A stretch of 44,592 nucleotides of DNA from Gammaproteobacteria bacterium (GCA_036507695.1 DATCIR010000050.1:1-44592); one strand, 5' to 3'. Positions 17,798 through 25,883 are shown, counted from the stretch's first letter. The notes: generated by a model not told the origin, from the sequence alone. Translations and numbers: made by a program.

Positions 17798-18748
17798 TTA
17801 TTTTAGATTCAATACAAAGTCGATTAATGCATGCGCTTCACTGTCGGTAGCCGGCACCGGCACTTCAGGCGGATAAACGCGCGCATTAGCGACATATTGA
17901 TTATATTCAGTACGCCATTGGTCAAAGTTAATCGCATTGCCATTGGCGTCTTTCTCACCCCATAAATAATCATAACGGGGCATAATGGAGTGTGGCTGCA
18001 CTAACCGAGGATTGAAAAAGTGCATTATCATCCACTCGCGAGATGAGTTGCGTGAACCCACATGGGTTAAATCCGGAGCCTTGCGGTCTGAACCAAACGC
18101 GGTGGGACTTTCACCATTAAAGTCACCTAACATCGGCGGCGCGCCGAAATATTGCCAGTCCTGGGTTTGTTCCGGCAACAAGGTATGACACCACCAGCAG
18201 CCCTCACGGATAAACATAATCTTGCCTTTACCGATCTGGAAAGTGTTTTCGTTCGAGGCCACTTTCATGACGGCGTCCGGTGTCCAGCCACGAGTTGCGG
18301 TTACATTCTCGATGTATGGAATAGTCTCGCCGCCCTCGTCAATCTCGCGAACCACGAATACCGCGCCTTTCGTGTCATCCGCCTGCTCAATCTTGCCTAA
18401 GGTCAGGCTTTTCGCTGTTGGCTTGTCACCGAGAATGATCGGATGGCGGATACCATTCGGAAACGGTACCCCAGCGTGATACACATAAGCACGGGTAACC
18501 TCAATGCCCGCGCCGGTTTTTGGGTCTTTGGTGATTCCCACCGTAAGTGGTTTTGCCTTACCCTGTAAAAACGGGTCTTCGTAGCTGAATCCACCGACGC
18601 GTCCAAACCCCAACTGACGGTGTAATCCGGTTTCAGTCACGGATACATTACGCATGTCCGAAGCCGGCATGTACAGCGTTATGAACATCGAAGTACCAAA
18701 GGCGATCCCGAACATGCGGGCTCCAATTGTATATTCTCTAAATGCCAT
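17798..18748 (-). CDS. ccoO: CcoO-like monoheme subunit with about 150-aa insertion
   Basis: N-terminal TM helix. IREGCWWCH heme motif. FGSDRKAPDLTHVGSR, WMIMHFFNPR and SIMPRYDYLW match the CcoO blocks. About 150 extra residues sit between the anchor and the heme domain. Confidence 0.85.
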   Translation of the reverse strand: MAFREYTIGARMFGIAFGTSMFITLYMPASDMRNVSVTETGLHRQLGFGRVGGFSYEDPFLQGKAKPLTVGITKDPKTGAGIEVTRAYVYHAGVPFPNGIRHPIILGDKPTAKSLTLGKIEQADDTKGAVFVVREIDEGGETIPYIENVTATRGWTPDAVMKVASNENTFQIGKGKIMFIREGCWWCHTLLPEQTQDWQYFGAPPMLGDFNGESPTAFGSDRKAPDLTHVGSRNSSREWMIMHFFNPRLVQPHSIMPRYDYLWGEKDANGNAINFDQWRTEYNQYVANARVYPPEVPVPATDSEAHALIDFVLNLK

Positions 18749-18779
18749 GGTTTAAATCCTCCCAGTATTTTTATAATTA

Positions 18780-20186
18780 TCAACGTTCGTAGGCCAATTC
18801 ATGCGGTAAACGTCCGGCAGGGATCAACGTACCCTGACGCATTGTCTTCCACATGTTGAACAGCCATACACAGTTACCCAGGAATACCATGGTGCCGCCA
18901 ACCCAACGCGCAATCATGTACGGATGCTCGGCGATAACGACATCAATGTACGGCACTTCGTAGATTTTACCGGCGCCTTGGATCAATCCGGCGATGGTCA
19001 TGGAAATCCAGTAGGTGGTAAAACCAACCAGCAGCATCCAGAAATGGAAATTCGCCAGCGCCAGTGAATACAGTTTGCGCCTCAACAAGGTTTGCAATCC
19101 GTAGTAAACCGCGGCCGCTTCCAGGAAGGTCGAGAATCCAAGCAAAGCCAGATGGGCATGGGCCACAATCCAGCCAGTACCATGAATGTACCAGTTAATC
19201 GCGCGGGTTTGCTGGAAACCGCCTTGCATGTTTAAAGGAATAGCCATCAACACACCGGTTATGGTGAATTTGATTTCCACGTTCTCAACAAACATTTTCC
19301 ATTTGCCGGACATCGTCAGCAGCAGGTTGGATACGAAGGCGATCGCGGGTACCAGTATCAACACGCCCTCTACTGACGCGAAAGATTTCAACCATTCCGG
19401 CAGTGGCGCTGACATCAGATGATGGGCAGCGGGTGTTGAGTAAAACACCACAACCGACCAGAAATGCAAATGACCAATTCGGTGCGAATAGAGCGGATTG
19501 CCCGTTACTTTGGGTACGATGTAATACGAGATTGCAGCGGCAACCGGGGTAATCCACAAGCCCAGTACGTTGTGTGCAAACCACCAGGTCAGGTAGGCCT
19601 CGGTCAAACCGGTTAACTGGAAGAACTCCGGTGAGTTACCGACGGTGAACACAACAATAACCATGAATGTCGCTGCGCCAAAGAACCAGTTGGTGGTGTA
19701 AATACCCTGGGTGCGGCGGGTTTTTATGGTCATCACGACATTCAAGCACAGGGGGGTCAAAATACCGAAAATAATCGCCAGGTCGATCGGCCAGATCATG
19801 TCTGAGTATTCACGGCCGGATGACATGCCAAACCACAGCAGTGTCAATCCCAGGCCGAGACCCAGGTTCCAGATAAAGCAGTTCCAAATGCCCAGCTTTT
19901 CAGACCAGAGCCTGGTATTTCCCAATGCCGGCGTGATATACATCATCGCCATCGCAAACGCCATGGAAATCCAGCCCAGGATTACCGCCAGTACGTGAAC
20001 CTGGCGCATATGGCCGAACGATAGCATTTCAATTCCGGTGACAAAATCAGGAAACGCGAGCTTCGCCGCGTTGAATGAACCCAGACCGGTACCCACAATA
20101 AACCACAGAATGGACGAAAAACCGAAAAATATCGCCGCCGAACCTGGCGGGATATCTTCGTTTTTAGCAAATAAATATTTAATCAT
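18780..20186 (-). CDS. ccoN: C-family (cbb3-type) heme-copper oxidase subunit I, divergent
   Basis: 468 aa, about 12 TM. FGHMRQVH (helix II His), WWFAHNVLGLW (CuB His), FYSTPAAHH (Tyr six residues before HH, as in cbb3) and VAHAHLALLG (helix X HxH). Confidence 0.9.
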   Translation of the reverse strand: MIKYLFAKNEDIPPGSAAIFFGFSSILWFIVGTGLGSFNAAKLAFPDFVTGIEMLSFGHMRQVHVLAVILGWISMAFAMAMMYITPALGNTRLWSEKLGIWNCFIWNLGLGLGLTLLWFGMSSGREYSDMIWPIDLAIIFGILTPLCLNVVMTIKTRRTQGIYTTNWFFGAATFMVIVVFTVGNSPEFFQLTGLTEAYLTWWFAHNVLGLWITPVAAAISYYIVPKVTGNPLYSHRIGHLHFWSVVVFYSTPAAHHLMSAPLPEWLKSFASVEGVLILVPAIAFVSNLLLTMSGKWKMFVENVEIKFTITGVLMAIPLNMQGGFQQTRAINWYIHGTGWIVAHAHLALLGFSTFLEAAAVYYGLQTLLRRKLYSLALANFHFWMLLVGFTTYWISMTIAGLIQGAGKIYEVPYIDVVIAEHPYMIARWVGGTMVFLGNCVWLFNMWKTMRQGTLIPAGRLPHELAYER

Positions 20187-20240
20187 TTAACAACCCCTCT
20201 CCAAAAATAATTTCTATACGCGCAATCTACTAGTAATCGA

Positions 20241-20345
20241 TTAGGATTGGTTTTTCAGGCTGTCACGAGGCATCAACAGATACCATCCAAACCACATACT
20301 CGAAAAAGCCAGCGCGATACACATAACGGTTGCGAACATTGACAT
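20241..20345 (-). CDS. candidate 34-aa single-TM micropeptide
   Basis: Hand-translated MSMFATVMCIALAFSSMWFGWYLLMPRDSLKNQS. AAAGAGG lies upstream of the ATG. Immediately upstream of ccoN. Confidence 0.4.
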   Translation of the reverse strand: MSMFATVMCIALAFSSMWFGWYLLMPRDSLKNQS

Positions 20346-20410
20346 GGCGTTAACCTCTTTATCTTAAAATTGAATCTTTAAATTTAAAAAAAGTTCTACC
20401 CATCGAACAT

Positions 20411-20674
20411 TTACCCGGCAGCCTGACGCTCTAACGCATTGTGGCGATTAACCGCTACATGAAGTGTGATGTAAAACGCGACACCGAAAATAATCATCGC
20501 CCAATCAATAAAACCGGTGAAAGTCACGGGATTATACGCGTCTCCGAACCATCCTCCCCAGTCAGCAAACTTGCCGCGCCCCAGGAAACACATTAGCGCG
20601 GCACCAAACACACTGCCATTACCCATCCCGGTGAGCATGCCGGACACAAAACAAAGTATAAATGGATTCTTCAT
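20411..20674 (-). CDS. small membrane protein
   Basis: 87 aa, 2-3 hydrophobic segments. Strong GAGGAGG Shine-Dalgarno. First gene of the minus-strand cluster. Confidence 0.55.
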   Translation of the reverse strand: MKNPFILCFVSGMLTGMGNGSVFGAALMCFLGRGKFADWGGWFGDAYNPVTFTGFIDWAMIIFGVAFYITLHVAVNRHNALERQAAG

Positions 20675-20789
20675 CCCCTGACCTCCTCAGCAATTCCAAA
20701 AATAAAAATATTGTTATTAAATTTGTTGGATCCGCAACTGCTTTTATTCACTAGCAGCGGCGCTCCGGCCGCCCATCTTCACTTGAGTT

Positions 20790-20866
20790 TTTTACTTGTG
20801 ATTTTTTACTTAAAATAGCTTACTTAAAATAAGTTTACTTAAAATAGTTTTACTTAAAATAAATAG
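20790..20866. repeat. AT-rich tandem repeat (TACTTAAAATA, 4 copies, 14-15-bp period)
   Basis: Copies at 20807, 20821, 20836 and 20851, plus a degenerate copy near 20792. Confidence 0.85.
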
Positions 20867-20888
20867 ATTGTGGCGTCTCGCCATTTTG

Positions 20889-20914
20889 TTCGCTGCTAAC
20901 ATTCGCTGCTAACA
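20889..20914. repeat. 13-bp tandem duplication TTCGCTGCTAACA x2
   Basis: Perfect copies at 20889-20901 and 20902-20914. An inverted partial copy GTTAGCAG lies near 20937. Confidence 0.85.
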
Positions 20915-21170
20915 TAAGCTTGTTGTGATTTTCCTTGTTAGCAGAGACCTCCCCAAGACAGCCACATCTTCCGCAATGTCCACTTGTAACCCGCCATGCC
21001 TTGCTGTCTTGCCTTACCGCTGTCCCGCGCGGCTATCCCACTCAAAACAAGCGGGTTATATTGGCTAGAAATCGTGTCATATGTCATACATCAGGTCAAG
21101 CCTAAAATTGTTGCTATAAAATGATTCAATCACTTTTTCGTTTTAAACCTATTCCCACGCAGTCAATCAC

Positions 21171-21186
21171 TGATTTGCAAAAATCA
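21171..21186. promoter_or_regulatory. perfect palindrome TGATTT-N4-AAATCA (possible operator)
   Basis: 16-bp dyad about 90 bp upstream of the 21274 start. Does not match FNR (TTGAT-N4-ATCAA) or CRP spacing. Confidence 0.2.
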
Positions 21187-21273
21187 ACACGTTTTGTGTT
21201 ATAAATCGACAATATCCCATTACGCTCTATATAGTGAATTTTGTTCCCGGAAATACATTGAGCCAGGTCAACA

Positions 21274-21468
21274 ATGAAAGAATTAATTATTTTTGTGGTT
21301 GTCGCTTTAAGTTCACTGTTTATTCTTGGCTATTCCATCCATATGTTGATTGGAGGCCTCGTAAGTCCGCAAACTGAAAAAATTTCCATTATAACGGCCG
21401 TTGTTATTGGCGCGGTTCTAATTGTTTTTTTAGGTTTAGATATCCTCCGCCAACGCCGGAAACGGTAA
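21274..21468 (+). CDS. small 2-TM membrane protein
   Basis: 64 aa. Two hydrophobic helices and an RQRRKR tail. Confidence 0.5.
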   Translation: MKELIIFVVVALSSLFILGYSIHMLIGGLVSPQTEKISIITAVVIGAVLIVFLGLDILRQRRKR

Positions 21469-21674
21469 CGCGCGGCTAAAACAAATTGACAATCACCTAA
21501 TACCACACTTATTTAGTATGATAACGTGTCGCAGGAAAGCGCAGTGCGATTACCCGCGCCCCATCGCCACACATCTGCTCACATCCATCATTCAGACAGA
21601 GTTAACCCAAGGCAATCTCAGTCAGCGCTGTTCAATGGCGGCCAAAATCCTGCTGAAATAAACGGGCTAAATAC

Positions 21675-22127
21675 TTAGGCAAACACTTTTAACGTACCGC
21701 CCAGCTTCTGGTACTCGGTTTGGTTGTTAAACTGTCCTTTGTGAAACACATATTGCCGCCTCGTCCCTGACGTGTCTAACCCGGTTAGGCCGAACGATTT
21801 CCCCGCGTGGTCCGAGAAGTATCGAACATTTTTTACCAGTTCGATCCTCCCGCCATTGCGCAATTGAAGCTGAACCCGTTGCTTGTTGACATCCAGCGCC
21901 ACCGGAGTATTCGGCAACAACATCAGCCGGCCCAGGATACGGTGTAGCCCCTGATAGAAGAAAAAACACGCCAAAAAAAACAACAGGTAGGCCAACGCAT
22001 GATTGGGCTGGTACCAGAAAATAGCCGCCCCGGTACCCAAACCGGACACGGTGGGAATATACATCAGCAGATCCCAGATTACGCCTTTGCGGTCCTGCGT
22101 TAATTCATAGCGGTCGGATTTTGCCAT
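21675..22127 (-). CDS. hypothetical membrane protein (2 TM plus soluble C-terminal domain)
   Basis: 150-aa ORF. Its start codon lies inside the first unit of the 14-bp tandem array. Confidence 0.55.
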   Translation of the reverse strand: MAKSDRYELTQDRKGVIWDLLMYIPTVSGLGTGAAIFWYQPNHALAYLLFFLACFFFYQGLHRILGRLMLLPNTPVALDVNKQRVQLQLRNGGRIELVKNVRYFSDHAGKSFGLTGLDTSGTRRQYVFHKGQFNNQTEYQKLGGTLKVFA

Positions 22128-22227
22128 CGTTACCTAACCATCGTTACCTAACCATCGTTGCCTAACCATCGTTGCCTAACCATCGTTGCCTAACCATCGT
22201 TACTATCTAACCATCGTTACTGCCTAA
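22123..22227. repeat. 14-bp tandem repeat CCATCGTTRCCTAA (7 units)
   Basis: Units start at 22123, 22137, 22151, 22165 and 22179, with longer variants at 22193 and 22210. Each unit carries CAT (ATG on the minus strand). Confidence 0.9.
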
Positions 22228-22284
22228 GAAGTCATTACCAGCTGTAAAGCAGCTTACGTTAATTACCTGCGTTAATTACCTATG

Positions 22285-22851
22285 TTATCCCGCGTTATCC
22301 GGAGATGTGTTTGTGTTCCGTGGCGCGGGTTGGGCGGAACTCACACTGGATTCGCTACGCAGTAATCCCGCGATAATCATATCCAACTCGTTATATAACA
22401 TGCGGCCGGGTTGCTTGAACCTGACAACGTTCGAGCCATCAATAACATAGGTCCATGGATCCCCGATTACGCCAAATGCCTTAAATGCTTGCGGGTTTTG
22501 ATATTGATCCATATGTAAAAAGATCACATCCTGCTCATACTTCACTAACAGGGCTTTTAACATCTGCAGTTGGTTATCACACATTGTGCAATGGCCCGGT
22601 GTGGCAAACTCCAGAATAATTGGCTTATTTAACGTCAAGGCTTCATCAAGCGACAACAGGTACATGCGCTCGTCCGGATAGCGATAGGTGGTAATTCGGC
22701 TAAAATCTCCGCTCACATCATGCAGAGTTTTGGTGCGTAAGCTGGGAGCGCTCATCCCTACCTTGAGACTGCTGTCATCAATGGAACAGCCCGCCAGCAT
22801 TATCCCCACCAAAAACAGCGGGAGAAACCGCAATGTCGCGCGTCTTTGCAT
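22285..22851 (-). CDS. thioredoxin-fold lipoprotein (CxxC)
   Basis: Start set at MQRR..., where TAATG overlaps the stop of the upstream gene. Lipobox LAGC. ILEFATPGHCTMCDNQ is a thioredoxin-like CxxC motif. Confidence 0.7.
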   Translation of the reverse strand: MQRRATLRFLPLFLVGIMLAGCSIDDSSLKVGMSAPSLRTKTLHDVSGDFSRITTYRYPDERMYLLSLDEALTLNKPIILEFATPGHCTMCDNQLQMLKALLVKYEQDVIFLHMDQYQNPQAFKAFGVIGDPWTYVIDGSNVVRFKQPGRMLYNELDMIIAGLLRSESSVSSAQPAPRNTNTSPDNAG

Positions 22852-23414
22852 TAGGCTTTCCTCCAACCCGCACAGGTTTTAAAAAGATTATACGCCCAAA
22901 TGAAATTAGCCAACAGCACCAGGGTTCCAAACATACCCATGGTCGCCAGTAACGGCTTAACCGTACTTTCAATTTGGTCAGGCGTGGAATTCACGCTGGC
23001 CAAACCGCCTAAAACACCCGCCGCGGAAAAAAACACCACCATACCGATCAGGCCGAAATTGTGCACCCAAAAATGCCATTTCACTAATCCAATACTATAT
23101 ATCGGACGCCTCACTAAACGCGGCACGACATAATAAACCGCGGCGAAAATCGCCATCTCCACCCAACCTAACAGGTTGATATGGGTATGCGCCCTAACAA
23201 TCAAATTCCCGTGCATGCGGTGATCCACAAAATACCTGAAATCGGCGATACCACCCATTAATGCGCCCCAGGTAAAGCCGATGATGCTGTAGATGATACA
23301 AGCATAAACAAACCACAGCGTGTACTTCGTGTATTCGGTATTTTGCGCCCAAGGCTCTGTAACTGCATTTGACACGTTATTTTCCTTATTCGCTTGTTGC
23401 GGGTTGCTTGTCAC
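22851..23414 (-). CDS. stand-alone 4-TM protein homologous to helices IX-XII of C-family heme-copper oxidase subunit I (copy 2)
   Basis: AHTHINLLGWVEMAIFAAVYYVVPRLVRRPIYSIGLVKWHFWVHNFG aligns with both the 7066-7590 product and helices X-XI of the 18780-20186 product. Confidence 0.75.
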   Translation of the reverse strand: MTSNPQQANKENNVSNAVTEPWAQNTEYTKYTLWFVYACIIYSIIGFTWGALMGGIADFRYFVDHRMHGNLIVRAHTHINLLGWVEMAIFAAVYYVVPRLVRRPIYSIGLVKWHFWVHNFGLIGMVVFFSAAGVLGGLASVNSTPDQIESTVKPLLATMGMFGTLVLLANFIWAYNLFKTCAGWRKA

Positions 23415-23964
23415 GAATGTCGCTGTATTTTTCCTTCCATTCTTCCGGCGCCCATGTTTTCACCATACTATCGATAAACTCCGAGCGGCCATCCGGTGGG
23501 ACAGCCGCGGAGGCGGAACCCTGGTCGGCTTTTAATTCTGAAATGAAGCGTGCAATCGCCTTGATCTCATCGTCCGGCAACCGGGCCACATAGGCCGCCT
23601 CTTTGGGCGCCGCGCCATGATCAAGGGTACTGGCTCCGTAGGTTTGCTCAGGATTCTTCAAAAATTCGTAGAGCCAGTCGTACGTGCGCACGGACCCGAC
23701 CCCATCCAGGGATAAGCCCATATTGGTGCCGTTTCGCAAAGCACGGTGACAAGAAGTACAACGCGACTCCCGAAACAACGCGGAACCTATCGAACCTTGG
23801 TCGCTAAAATCATAGAATGTCTTGTTTTCAAACATGGGCTTATCAGCTGTCAAACGGACAGATTCCAGAATGATGTAGGCGACAACGGCCAGAAAGATAA
23901 AAACACCGAAAATGCCGAACAGAACCTTTTCACCTGTTTTCACCGTTTGTTTTTTACTGCTCAT
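23386..23964 (-). CDS. membrane-anchored monoheme cytochrome c (CcoO-related heme domain)
   Basis: N-terminal TM helix. CTSCH then LSLDGVGSVRTYDWLYEFLKNP, comparable with the CcoO GPDL..VG..W..HL.NP block. 192 aa. Confidence 0.8.
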   Translation of the reverse strand: MSSKKQTVKTGEKVLFGIFGVFIFLAVVAYIILESVRLTADKPMFENKTFYDFSDQGSIGSALFRESRCTSCHRALRNGTNMGLSLDGVGSVRTYDWLYEFLKNPEQTYGASTLDHGAAPKEAAYVARLPDDEIKAIARFISELKADQGSASAAVPPDGRSEFIDSMVKTWAPEEWKEKYSDIRDKQPATSE

Positions 23965-24133
23965 AGACCAAACCTATTCAATTCGCTACATACCGCTATA
24001 AGATAAGACATTGCATCAAAAATCCGGCGCTTCAACCTAAACTTCGATTGGTGACGCTATTGATGGGGAACCGACGAAGAACTGTTCTAAGAAACCCAAT
24101 TATTTACTCGCAGGTTCATGCAACCGCCGATGA

Positions 24134-24166
24134 CAAAAAAGGGCGGATTTATCCGCCCCCCTTTTT
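24134..24166 (-). terminator. rho-independent terminator (bidirectional shape)
   Basis: GGGCGGA / TTTA / TCCGCCC flanked by an A-run and a T-run. On the minus strand it is followed by TTTTTT. Confidence 0.65.
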
Positions 24167-24274
24167 GTTCTTCCCTTACCGTAACAAATAGCCGGTGTAT
24201 GGCCGGTTACAACACATTACCGCTTACTCTTGTTTTTACAATTAATTAGAAGCAGCGCAGAACTTATTACTTTC

Positions 24275-25036
24275 TTATTTTTGTTCCGGAATGCGGTTGT
24301 TACCGATTGTCGTCATTTCGGCTGAAGTCAGAAATGTCGCCAGGTTGTGTATATCGTCATCCGTAAGATTCTTGGCGACTGCCTGCATCTGCGCCATGGG
24401 ATCATTAGCCCGGGAACCGTCACGCCATTTCTTCAACTGATTAACAAGGTACACGTATTTTTGACTGGCCAGGCGGGGATACACCGGAAACACACCGCGC
24501 GTGTTATAACCGTGACAGGAATGACATGCAGGAATACCCCGCTCGACGGAACCAAACTGCGCCAGATTCTTGCCCATGTAACGAATACCCACCGGCACCG
24601 AACCCAATTCCTTCACCGCCGCCATATCTGAACCTGCATTGGGGCCGCCAAGACTAGCCGCATACGCCGCTACGTCTTTGCGATCCTGCGGGGTCAGGCC
24701 TTTCGCATTGTTATTCATGATAAACATGGTGGTATCCTGGCGTTTATCGGTCGCAAAATCTTCCAATTGCTTAATCATGAAAACCACACCCTGTCCCGCC
24801 AGCCGCGGCGTACCCATCGCATCATCACCCAATCCTTCATTACCATGACAGGTAGTGCAGGCCGGGACATCACCTTTACCTTCATTAAATATTTTCTTGC
24901 CGTTTTCCAAATTACCAAAATCACTGTAGGAAACGGTAGCACTTGCAAAGCTGCCGGACGCTGACACCATTGCCGTCACCGCAAGGATTGCTGTTACTAT
25001 CGCTGTTATTTTTGTTGAACGCCGCATTGGAAACAC
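24275..25036 (-). CDS. periplasmic diheme cytochrome c (c4-like)
   Basis: Signal peptide. Two CxxCH motifs (CTTCHG and CHSCHG), each followed by a Met-containing region. 253 aa. Confidence 0.85.
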   Translation of the reverse strand: MFPMRRSTKITAIVTAILAVTAMVSASGSFASATVSYSDFGNLENGKKIFNEGKGDVPACTTCHGNEGLGDDAMGTPRLAGQGVVFMIKQLEDFATDKRQDTTMFIMNNNAKGLTPQDRKDVAAYAASLGGPNAGSDMAAVKELGSVPVGIRYMGKNLAQFGSVERGIPACHSCHGYNTRGVFPVYPRLASQKYVYLVNQLKKWRDGSRANDPMAQMQAVAKNLTDDDIHNLATFLTSAEMTTIGNNRIPEQK

Positions 25037-25203
25037 CCTCCCGATTTAAAAATCTGCCCGCTTTGACACACGTTGTTATGAATAACGACGCCGTACTTTA
25101 CGACGCTGTACTTTTCGATGCCATAACCAATTAATCTGTATCTTACCGTCACTTAACTGTATCCTATTTCAGAACCTTGTTGCAGTTGCGCGCCCGCCAT
25201 TAC

Positions 25204-25256
25204 CGTGACTTGAGTCGTGACTTGAGTCGTGACTTGAGTCGTGACTTGAGTCGTGA
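25204..25256. repeat. 12-bp tandem repeat CGTGACTTGAGT x4
   Basis: Perfect copies at 25204, 25216, 25228 and 25240, plus a partial fifth copy. Confidence 0.9.
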
Positions 25257-25353
25257 AATGAACCGCCACTTGATTCCCCGTAATCCCGACTCCGGTGGCA
25301 GCTAATATACGCGTGACGAAACAGCTTTGGATAAATAATACTGCGCTATTTTT

Positions 25354-25407
25354 CTTGAAACTTTATCTTGAAACTTTATCTTGAAACTTTGTCTTGAAAC
25401 TTTGTCT
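25354..25407. repeat. 13-bp tandem repeat CTTGAAACTTTRT x4
   Basis: Copies at 25354, 25367, 25380 and 25393. Confidence 0.9.
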
Positions 25408-25468
25408 ACTGCTTAAAACCGTTCGAATGACAAAGTATTGCTTGCGCTAAAAACGGTTATTACAGTTA

Positions 25469-25561
25469 TTAGGAATTTTTCTTTAACATGTATGCAGCAA
25501 CACCGAATGCCACTGCGGTAACAATTAAATATGTAATGAAGATTTCACCGTTAGTTAACAT
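25469..25561 (-). CDS. candidate 30-aa single-TM micropeptide
   Basis: Hand-translated MLTNGEIFITYLIVTAVAFGVAAYMLKKNS. A strong GAGGAGG lies 6 nt upstream of the ATG on the minus strand. Confidence 0.45.
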   Translation of the reverse strand: MLTNGEIFITYLIVTAVAFGVAAYMLKKNS

Positions 25562-25869
25562 ACAACCCCTCCTCAATAACCCGCTATTAAATAATAAATT
25601 GCTAACAATAAATTGGGCGTTTTTATATCATGACACAAGGCATGTGACAACTGTGTGCAATACTATATCACTCATCCTGCCGCAGGCCAACAATCTGCCT
25701 TCATGGTTGCCGCGGGTACGCCTTATGGCGCAACATCATGCCGCAATTATCGAAAAATCGCCACATTACAAACGGCATCGCAATTGACATTAAGTAAATA
25801 ACTTATTTAACTTTATCGCAGCGGCGTATCCTTACACATCTTTATATCCATGTAAACCTGCGGGATAAT

Positions 25870-25883
25870 TTGATCTGTATCCA
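25870..25883. promoter_or_regulatory. FNR/CRP-family-like box TTGAT-CTGT-ATCCA (9 of 10 to TTGAT-N4-ATCAA)
   Basis: Pattern match only. Lies in the roughly 1-kb noncoding region, 136 bp upstream of the 26019 start. A chance match is plausible. Confidence 0.2.

Noticed and set aside
20790-25407. CRISPR array interpretation of the tandem repeats
   Set aside because: The units are 12-15 bp and directly abutting, with no unique spacers. No cas genes are in the window.
25488-25787. 99-aa plus-strand ORF in the long noncoding region
   Set aside because: It is low-complexity (LLNNPLLNNKLL), AT-rich and lacks a Shine-Dalgarno. Its 5' end is antisense to a micropeptide candidate that has a much better ribosome-binding site.
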